Below, one piece after another: positions 1 through 7,236 of a stretch of 64,000 nucleotides of DNA; positions within the stretch are counted from its first letter, which is position 1, and each line of letters begins with the position of its first letter. Where the stretch lies: positions 2,609,898 through 2,673,897 of the forward strand of contig CP012156.1 of the NCBI GenBank assembly GCA_001602435.1. Direction: 5' to 3'. The notes beneath the pieces were generated by a model, which worked only from the letters and a program-made list of their open reading frames with translations, was not told the origin of the DNA and did not search any database. Source of the DNA: Hyphomonadaceae bacterium UKL13-1 (GTDB lineage: Bacteria; Pseudomonadota; Alphaproteobacteria; Caulobacterales; Aquidulcibacteraceae). A program made the position numbers and the translations under genes.

Positions 1-1268
1 GTGGCCTAGAGCTCGTTCGTTTGCTCGGTTCGCGCTATGGCCGGAAAGCCCATGACATCATTCTGATCGACCGGAATTTGACCCATGTCTGGAAGCCCTT
101 GCTGCACGAGGTCGCGGCAGGGTCTCTCGATGCTAATCTGGATGAAGTGGGCTATGGCGGCCATGCGGTGCGCTGGGGCTATCGCTTCTTCAACGGCAGT
201 CTTGAAAGCGTCGATCGCGTGGCCCGCACCATCACCACCGCGCCTTTGTTGGACGAACGCGGCGAGGAGATTATTGGCAGGCATACTATTCGCTATGATT
301 ATCTCGTGCTGGCCATGGGTGGCATTTCGAACGATTTTGGCGTGCCGGGCGTGCGTGAACATGCGATGTTTCTGGAAGATCGTCCCCAAGCGGACCGCTT
401 TCGGCAAAAGCTTCTAAATGCCTGCCTGCGCACCAACCACGCCCATCAGACGGGCGATACCGAGGCCGCGGTGCGCATCAGCATCGTTGGTGGCGGTGCA
501 ACCGGGGTAGAGTTGGCCGCTGAGCTATATAATGCCGCCAAGGCGCTGAGGCACTATGGCCTCGAAGTGTTTGATGAATCCAAGCTTGAAGTGTCGTTGA
601 TTGAGGCCGGCCCACGCATTTTGCCAGCGCTGGATGAAAAGCTGGCTGAGAGTGCCAAGCACGAACTCGAAAAATTGGGCGTCAAAGTGCTCGACAATAC
701 CCAAGTGGTGCGGCTTGCGAAAAATGAAGTCCACACCAGCACGAGCGGCGTCATTGAGGCTAATCTGATTGTCTGGGCCGCCGGGGTGAAGGGGGCCGAT
801 GAAATTCGCACCATGGGTGATCTGGAACTGACGCGCGGCAACCAAATCGTCGTACGCCCGACCCTTCAGACCACCATTGACGACCGCATTTATGCGCTGG
901 GCGACTGCGCCTCCTGCCTCTTGCCCGGACGCGACCGCCCGATCCCGCCGCGCGCCCAATCCGCCCACCAAATGGCGAGCCAAGTCTTCCACAATCTGGT
1001 GCGCGCCCAAGCTGGCCAGCCGCAACAGGATTTTGTTTATCACGACCATGGTTCGCTCGTATCCCTCAGCCGCTTCTCCACCGTTGGCAGCCTTATGGGC
1101 AATCTGGTTGGCGGGCGTATGCGCGTGGAAGGCTGGATCGCGCGCATGGTCTATCAATCGCTCTACCGGATGCACCTCATCGCCATCCACGGCTGGTGGC
1201 GCGGCGTGACCCTTATCGTGATCGGCCACGTCAACCACATCATCCGGCCGAAATTTAAGCTGCATTAG
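1..1268 (+). CDS. ndh: Type II NADH dehydrogenase (NDH-2), N-terminus cut by window edge
   Basis: The frame is open from nt 3 (GLELVRLLGSRYGRK...), so the gene starts upstream of the window. Second dinucleotide-binding fold ISIVGGGATGVELAAEL, plus WAAGVK and ALGDCAS motifs typical of NDH-2. Confidence 0.85.
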   Translation, partial: GLELVRLLGSRYGRKAHDIILIDRNLTHVWKPLLHEVAAGSLDANLDEVGYGGHAVRWGYRFFNGSLESVDRVARTITTAPLLDERGEEIIGRHTIRYDYLVLAMGGISNDFGVPGVREHAMFLEDRPQADRFRQKLLNACLRTNHAHQTGDTEAAVRISIVGGGATGVELAAELYNAAKALRHYGLEVFDESKLEVSLIEAGPRILPALDEKLAESAKHELEKLGVKVLDNTQVVRLAKNEVHTSTSGVIEANLIVWAAGVKGADEIRTMGDLELTRGNQIVVRPTLQTTIDDRIYALGDCASCLLPGRDRPIPPRAQSAHQMASQVFHNLVRAQAGQPQQDFVYHDHGSLVSLSRFSTVGSLMGNLVGGRMRVEGWIARMVYQSLYRMHLIAIHGWWRGVTLIVIGHVNHIIRPKFKLH

Positions 1269-1288
1269 GGGGGTTTGGCGCGTTCGAA

Positions 1289-1327
1289 CTCCCCTCTCCC
1301 TCTGGGAGAGGGAGCGGGGGTGAGGGC
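1289..1327. repeat. REP-like structured intergenic element (CTCCCCTCTCCCT-hairpin-GGGGGTGAGGGC)
   Basis: The same terminal motifs recur at 45806-45858 and, inverted, at 45931-45973. Internal palindrome CTCCCTC-TGG-GAGGGAG. Confidence 0.7.
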
Positions 1328-1336
1328 TTATTCTAT

Positions 1337-1540
1337 CTAGATCGCCTTTGCTGCAGGCTGTGCCTCCGCAAAGGCTTAGTTCGAGTTTGAGCGCGCAAGA
1401 TTTGGGGTCAAGGGGCGCGCTTCGCGCGTCGACGAAGTCGATTGCACCCCTTGACACCAAATTTTGCGCAATAAGAATAGTCCGGCGGCTTCAAGGCAAG
1501 CGGAGTGCGACTTGAAGGCGTTCCGAGTCATTTGGCTGAC
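1337..1540 (+). repeat. Copy A of a ~130-nt intergenic repeat, interrupted by a 76-nt nested element
   Basis: 1337-1403 aligns with 2269-2335 and 1480-1540 aligns with 2336-2396, with only scattered mismatches. Contains the hairpin GCCTTTGC-N15-GCAAAGGC. Confidence 0.85.
1404..1479. repeat. Nested palindromic insertion inside repeat copy A
   Basis: Absent from copy B. Outer stem GTCAAGGGG/CCCCTTGAC encloses two inner perfect hairpins, CGCGC-TTC-GCGCG and TCGAC-GAA-GTCGA. Confidence 0.7.
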
Positions 1541-1577
1541 ATCCGACTTAAATGATTTCAGGAATTGCTTGACCATA

Positions 1578-1601
1578 GTGCATTCCATGGATGGAATGCA
1601 C
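1578..1601. repeat. Perfect 11-bp-stem palindrome GTGCATTCCAT-GG-ATGGAATGCAC (GCATTCC/GGAATGC hairpin family)
   Basis: Read directly. Shares the GCATTCC...GGAATGC core with 2207-2229 and 45670-45687. Overlaps the candidate alkB start codons. Confidence 0.7.
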
Positions 1602-2192
1602 AGGACAGCCCCAATAGGACAAGCCTTGCCAGATGCGCAGCAACCACCCAACGGCTTGCGGTATTTGCCGCGCTTCATCGGACTCGATGAAGCCAGCGAA
1701 CTTATGGAATTCATCGATGGGCAAGATTGGGACACGGGTCTGAAACGGCGTGTCCAACATTATGGCTGGCGATATGACTACCGGGCAAAAGGGGTAGACC
1801 CTAAGAGCTTTCTCGGACCATTGCCCGATGTCTTCAGAAAAATAAGCCGCAAAATGAGCGATGAAATTGGCAAAGAGACGAATTTTGACCAAGTGATCGT
1901 CAACGAATATGTCCCCGGCCAAGGAATTTCCACTCACGTCGACTGCCTGCCCTGTTTTGGTCCTGTTGTTGCGGCGATATCGCTTGGCTCAACGTGTGAA
2001 ATGCTATTTCAGCATCTTGCGACCAAGGCGCCGTTTTCGCTTCTGTTGGAACCACTCAGCCTTCTGGTTTTGGCTGGTGACGCGCGCACAGCGTGGTCAC
2101 ACGCCATTCCGGCCCGCCGCAACGATGTTTCTACGGGTGTGCGATTGGCACGAAGCCGACGGGTTTCCTTGACGTTTCGAACCAAAATTTAG
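1587..2192 (+). CDS. alkB: AlkB-family Fe(II)/2-oxoglutarate dioxygenase
   Basis: HxD in GISTHVDC, distal His in WSHAIP, 2OG-binding RRVSLTFR, and N-terminal LRYLPRFI. Start is uncertain: ATG at 1587 or 1596. The ORF is open from 1464, but that part overlaps the repeat element. Confidence 0.8.
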   Translation: MDGMHRTAPIGQALPDAQQPPNGLRYLPRFIGLDEASELMEFIDGQDWDTGLKRRVQHYGWRYDYRAKGVDPKSFLGPLPDVFRKISRKMSDEIGKETNFDQVIVNEYVPGQGISTHVDCLPCFGPVVAAISLGSTCEMLFQHLATKAPFSLLLEPLSLLVLAGDARTAWSHAIPARRNDVSTGVRLARSRRVSLTFRTKI

Positions 2193-2206
2193 CGCCGCGC
2201 CGTAGG

Positions 2207-2229
2207 GTGCCATTCCGACAGGAATGCAC
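2207..2229. repeat. GCATTCC/GGAATGC hairpin immediately after the alkB stop
   Basis: GTGC(C)ATTCC-GACA-GGAATGCAC, 15 nt downstream of the stop codon. No T-run follows. Confidence 0.6.
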
Positions 2230-2268
2230 CACCTGATTAGCCGCGCTCGTGGGTGTATTCCTTTTCAC

Positions 2269-2396
2269 CTAGATCGCCTTTGCCGCAGGCTGTGCCTCCG
2301 CAAAGGCAAGGTTCGAGTTTCAGCGCGCAAGACTTGTCCGGCGGCTTCAAGGCAAGCGGAGCGACGCATCGAACCGTTCCGAGTCAATTGACCAAC
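2269..2396 (+). repeat. Copy B (uninterrupted) of the ~130-nt intergenic repeat
   Basis: Direct-orientation match to 1337-1403 plus 1480-1540. Confidence 0.85.
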
Positions 2397-2403
2397 GCCC
2401 CCC

Positions 2404-3657
2404 TCACCCCTCCCGCTCGCGCAACAAGAACGCGCGAACGTGGGGGTTTTCCGTTAGACCGATCGCGCGCTCCATCGCTGCCGCTGCGGCGTCGCCTTCG
2501 TCACAGGCGCGATGGGCGGCGGCTAAGGTCACCCAATAGGGTTGATAGGTGCTGACATCGCCTGCATCGAGGCTGAACAGAACGTCGAGGGCCGAACGCC
2601 CTTGCCCCATGGCTTGCAGGACGGCGGCATAGCTGACAAAGGCGCCAATGCTAGGCCGATGGGTGAGCAAGAGCTCATGGAAAGAGCGCAGCGCCGCCCA
2701 ATTGGTCGTGCCTGTGATCGGGGCTTGGATATGGATGGATTGGATGGCCGCTTCGATCTGAAACCGACCGAGCCGGTTCAGCTTGGAGGCGCGGACGAGA
2801 AGGTCTTCAGCTTCGATGATCTTGGCGCGTTCCCACAAGGTCGCATCTTGATCCTTGAGGGGCACAAAATCGCCATCCGGCCCCCAGCGCGCTGCCTTGC
2901 GCGCATCGACATAGAGCATCAACGCCAACAGGCCCAAGGCCTCCGGCTCTTGCGGCATGAGAGACACCAGCAGGCGGGCGAGAAAGATGGCTTCTTCGGC
3001 CAGTGAGATATTGCGGTCATCCGAGCCTTCGACAGCGTCAAAAGACGTGCCAAACGCGGCATAAATCGCCGATAACACATCTTCCAAACGCTCTGGCAAG
3101 GCGTCGAGGTCGGGGATTTTAAAGCCGATACCGGCAGCCTTAATCTTGGCTTTGGCGCGCACCAAGCGCTGGCCCATGGTGGTGGGTGAGATCAAGAAGG
3201 CAGAGGCAATCTGGGCGGCATCAAGGCCAAGGATGGTCTGCAGCATCAAGGGGGTGCGGATGTCTTCTTGAATGGCGGGGTGGGCGCAGACAAACATGAG
3301 GGCCAAGCGTTGATCTGGAATAGGCTCTTGCGCGGCAGACGGGGCGTCCATCCTTCGCAAAATCTCGTCCATTCCCCGCAGTTTGACGGCCTCATGGCGA
3401 TGGGCATTGATCAGGCGATTGCGCGCGGTGGTTAAAAGCCAAGCGTCAGGATTGGTGGGGATGCCGCGCTTGGGCCACGTCTCTAAGGCTGCTGCAAAGG
3501 CCTCTGACAAGGCATCTTCACTGCCAGCCAAATCCCCATCGCGCGCGGCCAAAAGCGCCACAAGGCGACCATAGGAGGCGCGCGCCGCGCCAACCACCGT
3601 CTCGACAATTTTGTCCTTGCCGGAAACACTGGCCGGAGTGACGCGCGCATCGCCCAT
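2404..3657 (-). CDS. ECF-type RNA polymerase sigma factor with a long C-terminal helical extension
   Basis: Sigma-70 region 2 (AWLLTTARNRLINAHRHE) and region 4 HTH (LDAAQIASAFLISPTTMGQRLVRAKAKI), followed by ~200 aa of helical extension. Its start codon lies 2 nt downstream of the stop of the preceding YciI-like gene, a common pairing. Confidence 0.8.
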   Translation of the reverse strand: MGDARVTPASVSGKDKIVETVVGAARASYGRLVALLAARDGDLAGSEDALSEAFAAALETWPKRGIPTNPDAWLLTTARNRLINAHRHEAVKLRGMDEILRRMDAPSAAQEPIPDQRLALMFVCAHPAIQEDIRTPLMLQTILGLDAAQIASAFLISPTTMGQRLVRAKAKIKAAGIGFKIPDLDALPERLEDVLSAIYAAFGTSFDAVEGSDDRNISLAEEAIFLARLLVSLMPQEPEALGLLALMLYVDARKAARWGPDGDFVPLKDQDATLWERAKIIEAEDLLVRASKLNRLGRFQIEAAIQSIHIQAPITGTTNWAALRSFHELLLTHRPSIGAFVSYAAVLQAMGQGRSALDVLFSLDAGDVSTYQPYWVTLAAAHRACDEGDAAAAAMERAIGLTENPHVRAFLLREREG

Positions 3658-3659
3658 GT

Positions 3660-4022
3660 TTAGCCTTGGGGAGGAGGTGGCATGATTGGGCGAATTTCAA
3701 TCGAGCCGCCGCTGGCCGCCGGGGACTTTGCTGCCCACTCAAGTGCTGCATCGAGATCCGACACCTCGATGACGAAATAGCCGCCTAATTGCTCTTTCGT
3801 ATCGGCAAACGGCCCGTCTTGGACCACACGCTTGCCATCGCGGATACGCAGCGTCGTGGCTGTCTGAGGTGGCTGAAGCCCATCGCCATTAATGACGATA
3901 CCGGCTTGTTGGATCGCTTGGACAAAGGCCGTCCAGCCGCCCCAATAGGCCCCAGCTTCAGCTGGATCATTGCGCTTGTTTCGTTCAGCCTCGGTTTCGT
4001 TCATAATCAACATGAATTGCAT
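3660..4022 (-). CDS. YciI/DGPF-family protein
   Basis: GPFADTKEQLGGYFVIEV motif; ~120 aa; same operon as the ECF sigma gene. Confidence 0.8.
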   Translation of the reverse strand: MQFMLIMNETEAERNKRNDPAEAGAYWGGWTAFVQAIQQAGIVINGDGLQPPQTATTLRIRDGKRVVQDGPFADTKEQLGGYFVIEVSDLDAALEWAAKSPAASGGSIEIRPIMPPPPQG

Positions 4023-4082
4023 TTTCAGTCTCCATTGCTTTTATGACTCAGACGCATTGTCTGGTCGAGGGGGGGCTTGAGA

Positions 4083-4526
4083 TCAGGCCAAATGGGCCTG
4101 CTTGTTGGAAAAATGGGCGACCCATAAAAGGGCAGCTGCAATCGCCACCACGACGGTGAGAACAATCACTTGGGGCGGGCCCAAGGCCGCAAACACGCCA
4201 TGGACAATGTCGCCAATATAAAGGGCAACATAGGCAACTAGCGAAGCCAAGAGGACAGGCTGGGCCGCCTGATTCTTAATCAACATCAGAACCGAACCAA
4301 TCAGCCCGCCAATGACGCCAACACCAAAGGCAAAATTCATCCAGAACGGAATCGATAGATAGACATCAATCTGCTCTGGCGTCATGCCCTTGGCCGCCAA
4401 GCTTTCAGAAGTTGCTGTGACCGCGCCCATAAACTGGACGAGGCCAAAGATATTCCACGCAACGCCGAGGCCTGCGGCCACCCAGAACCAGGGCGGCAAC
4501 TTTCGCTGTGTTCCAGCTTCAACCAT
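4083..4526 (-). CDS. Small integral membrane protein (about 4 TM), function unknown
   Basis: Hydrophobic segments from MVEAGTQRKLPPWFWVAAGLGVAWNIFG onward. I chose the internal ATG at 4526 because the longer ORF (to 4718) runs through the 30-nt repeat and looks non-coding. Confidence 0.55.
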   Translation of the reverse strand: MVEAGTQRKLPPWFWVAAGLGVAWNIFGLVQFMGAVTATSESLAAKGMTPEQIDVYLSIPFWMNFAFGVGVIGGLIGSVLMLIKNQAAQPVLLASLVAYVALYIGDIVHGVFAALGPPQVIVLTVVVAIAAALLWVAHFSNKQAHLA

Positions 4527-4611
4527 TTTCTGCTCCTTCAAACATCTCAGAGACCGGGAAGAAGCCCTCGCTTCTCGCGTTCTCACCAGCATGACACTTG
4601 AGCGGATGGCC

Positions 4612-4641
4612 ATTTCGACAGCGGTCAGAAAAAAAGTGCAG
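4612..4641 (+). repeat. 30-nt direct repeat, left copy (ATTTCGACAGCGGTCAGAAAAAAAGTGCAG)
   Basis: Identical to 6559-6587 apart from one extra A in the A-run. An exact match of this length is far beyond chance in 64 kb. Confidence 0.9.
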
Positions 4642-4765
4642 TGGGTTATGATATGAGTCGTGTCGGACCCCGCGCGGGCCGGTTCAGATCGCGGGAAACT
4701 CGCGGTATGGTAAGACATTTCGGTTAGGGCTTTACAGGTTGAAGCCGTGCAAATATCGTTTCGCG

Positions 4766-6508
4766 ATGAGCCGAGTGATCCTTGCCGCGCTATCTACTAT
4801 TTCACTTCTTTGTGCGACTGACGCGACGGCGCAGCGCCCAGAGTTGACGACGCATGATGTCGCCAACTGTCGATCCGAATCCGACCTCGCGATTTGTTTA
4901 CTTGGTGTCCGAGCTCGTGACTGGTCGTTTCGCGATAATCCCGAATTTGCGCACGCACCCGACGTCTTGGCGCAACTGGACCGATGGAAGCCTTCTTCTA
5001 CCGATCCGGACAGCAGCCCAGGCAGAGCCTATTACGAGGCATCTATACGCCCATTTCAGGAGTCACAGTCAGTGGTGATCTCTGTCTTAGAAGCAGATCA
5101 GCGCGGCACTGAACCGGTTACCGCACTCCTTCCCCTAACTAATTTTGGACTGGATATCAGACCCCAATCTTTCATTTTTGGCCAGATCGTGACGGCGGGC
5201 GGGGAAAGGTTACGCGTCATCGGGTTGCAAGAGATTTGGGATGCTTATGCCCAAAGTATTGGACGGGGGCGAATTGCAAGCCAAACGAAAGCCCTGCCGC
5301 CAAGCCGTGGACTTGCAATCGCAGCTCTTTCCGCTTGGGAGCAAGAGATCATCGCATTTCACCGCCGTGGCGAAGCAGCCCGGTCTGAAACAGATTTGTC
5401 GATCATGTCGCTGGCTGACGCATTCGGCATTATGGGTGATCTAGACGCTTTGAAGCGACTAGATAGAATTGAGCGCGGGATCGACCGCGCTGTTCGTCTT
5501 GAGATTTTGATGGCGGCGGGTAGTCTCGAAGAGGCAACAGATATCGCAACCATGAGAACTAAGGCGGCCACCAAAGCCGAGCACCAGCTGTGGGAGCAGT
5601 CATGGAAACTGGTTGAGGCGGCGCAGAGCGCTGGGCGAGGTGATTTGGCTGTTCGCGTGGCCCGACAAATGCTCCAATCGAAAGGGCGAACTGAACTCGA
5701 CTTGCCTCGCGCAGCGCTTGTGATTGCCTCTATGGCTCCCGCACCCGAAGCAATAGCAATGGCCGAAGACTTCGACCAAAAAGCGCGAGCGACTACCAAC
5801 CGAAATTCAACTTCGGCTTCTAACAGCCGCGTCGCCGTCAGCGCTGTAGCAGCGGTCGCGGCTTGGACGGTTCTGGGCCAGACTGATCGAGCGGATTCTT
5901 TGATTCAGTTATGGCGACCACGCGGCGTGGCATGGCCTTATAACAATGCGTGCGCTGGTTTCTGGTCGGGTTGCCCCGATGCCACCGTAGTGGAAATGCT
6001 CCGCCGCTCGAACCGGCTGATGGAAGGATTTGACGGCCTGAATCTGACCGCTGAGACAGCCATCGTGGCCGACCTGAGCGACGGTCGCGGGCTGTCGCGA
6101 CTGGATGCCTTTCTCGCCAAGGAAAGCACACCTGAACAGCGCGAAAGGGCGCTAGCGGCCTGCGTCGAATGGGCAGTTTCGAACAACGATCTGACAATCG
6201 CAACTTCGTGCGCAAAGCGACTGCAAGAGAGCGCTGCTTCTCGTGGCCTAAGTGCGGATGAAGCGAAAATCCTCGAGCGAGATGGCGAGGCCCGCTCGCT
6301 TACAAGTGGCGTCTACATATCGGCGCGGCGCTGTCTGGCCGTCGCGGCCGCTGCTGCCAAGAAGAACGAAATGGAACTCACCCGTGAGATGGTTGGCTGT
6401 GCGCTCGATCTTTGGGGTTCGGCACCGTCGACGCGATGGGACTTCTTTGACACCTCACTGACAACAGATGTGGGAACCGCGCTCCTAAGGGAGCAAGGAC
6501 GATTATGA
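4766..6508 (+). CDS. Secreted or periplasmic alpha-helical repeat protein, orphan
   Basis: Signal peptide MSRVILAALSTISLLCATDATAQ. The rest is Ala/Leu/Glu/Arg-rich and helical, with no motif I recognise. By eye it uses more AGA/AGG/ATA/CTA codons than its neighbours. Confidence 0.6.
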   Translation: MSRVILAALSTISLLCATDATAQRPELTTHDVANCRSESDLAICLLGVRARDWSFRDNPEFAHAPDVLAQLDRWKPSSTDPDSSPGRAYYEASIRPFQESQSVVISVLEADQRGTEPVTALLPLTNFGLDIRPQSFIFGQIVTAGGERLRVIGLQEIWDAYAQSIGRGRIASQTKALPPSRGLAIAALSAWEQEIIAFHRRGEAARSETDLSIMSLADAFGIMGDLDALKRLDRIERGIDRAVRLEILMAAGSLEEATDIATMRTKAATKAEHQLWEQSWKLVEAAQSAGRGDLAVRVARQMLQSKGRTELDLPRAALVIASMAPAPEAIAMAEDFDQKARATTNRNSTSASNSRVAVSAVAAVAAWTVLGQTDRADSLIQLWRPRGVAWPYNNACAGFWSGCPDATVVEMLRRSNRLMEGFDGLNLTAETAIVADLSDGRGLSRLDAFLAKESTPEQRERALAACVEWAVSNNDLTIATSCAKRLQESAASRGLSADEAKILERDGEARSLTSGVYISARRCLAVAAAAAKKNEMELTREMVGCALDLWGSAPSTRWDFFDTSLTTDVGTALLREQGRL

Positions 6509-6558
6509 TCGTCTAGATCGGTTACGCGACCAATTTCCTTTGCAAGTTACTCAGGAAG

Positions 6559-6587
6559 ATTTCGACAGCGGTCAGAAAAAAGTGCAG
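6559..6587 (+). repeat. 29-nt direct repeat, right copy
   Basis: ATTTCGACAGCGGTCAGAAAAAAGTGCAG. In this copy TTTCGACA also pairs with TGTCGAAA about 36 nt downstream. Confidence 0.9.
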
Positions 6588-6657
6588 CGACGTGTCAGAA
6601 TAGTTGTCGAAACAGGCTATGGGTGATGCCCTGCCCTCAAGGACGCCCAAAACGCTC

Positions 6658-7161
6658 ATGCTGACCGACCTCATCCTGTTTCGCCATGGCAAAGCCGTGC
6701 GCCCACATGAAGCGCGCGATGACTTCAGTCGTGGCTTGACCCCGCGCGGGCGGTTGCAAGCCGCAGCCCAAGCGAGCCGTTTGAAAGAGGCGGGTTGTGA
6801 TCTCCAGCTCGCCTTGGTCTCCACAGCCTTACGTGCCGCCGAGACCTGGGATGCCTGCCGACCCGTTTTCCCTGATGCGCAAGTTCACTTGTCGCGCCCG
6901 CTTTATTTGGCAGCACCCAGCATTTATCTGAACGCTGCTAAGACGGCCAAGGCCAGCCGCGTGATGATCATTGCGCATGATCCGGGCCTCCACGAACTGG
7001 CACGCAGCCTGATGAAGGGCGATACGGGCCAAGACCGAGGGCAAACTTCTTTGCGCGAACACCTGCCGACCAGTGGTGTCGCTTGGTTCTGTGCTGACCC
7101 AGAAGCCAGCTCCGGGTTTAAGTTGAAGCAATTTTGGGCCCCTGAACCCGTATCGGCCTAG
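6658..7161 (+). CDS. sixA: SixA-like histidine phosphatase family protein
   Basis: Catalytic RHG motif (LILFRHGKA), LTPRGRLQA, and the second His in IIAHDPG. Alternative starts at 6604 and 6619. Confidence 0.75.
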   Translation: MLTDLILFRHGKAVRPHEARDDFSRGLTPRGRLQAAAQASRLKEAGCDLQLALVSTALRAAETWDACRPVFPDAQVHLSRPLYLAAPSIYLNAAKTAKASRVMIIAHDPGLHELARSLMKGDTGQDRGQTSLREHLPTSGVAWFCADPEASSGFKLKQFWAPEPVSA

Positions 7162-7236
7162 GCGCTGGCGCGGGATTGGCAGTTGGGCCGCACGCTTCCT
7201 AATGACAAATCAACCCCTGTGCGTGCATGAAGTTGC

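Noticed and set aside
1378-1392. T-loop-like GGTTCGAGTTT inside the 130-nt repeat (also at ~2310), suggesting a tRNA fragment
   Set aside because: No acceptor stem, anticodon arm or CCA context can be drawn around it. It is simply part of the dispersed repeat.
1434-1447. 13-nt match CGAAGTCGATTGC shared with 44633-44645
   Set aside because: Tens of 13-mer coincidences are expected in 64 kb on both strands, and there is no extended similarity around it.
525-1460. 311-aa ORF antisense to ndh, running into the repeat region
   Set aside because: A shadow ORF opposite a clearly conserved NDH-2 frame. Its N-terminal part is translated repeat DNA.
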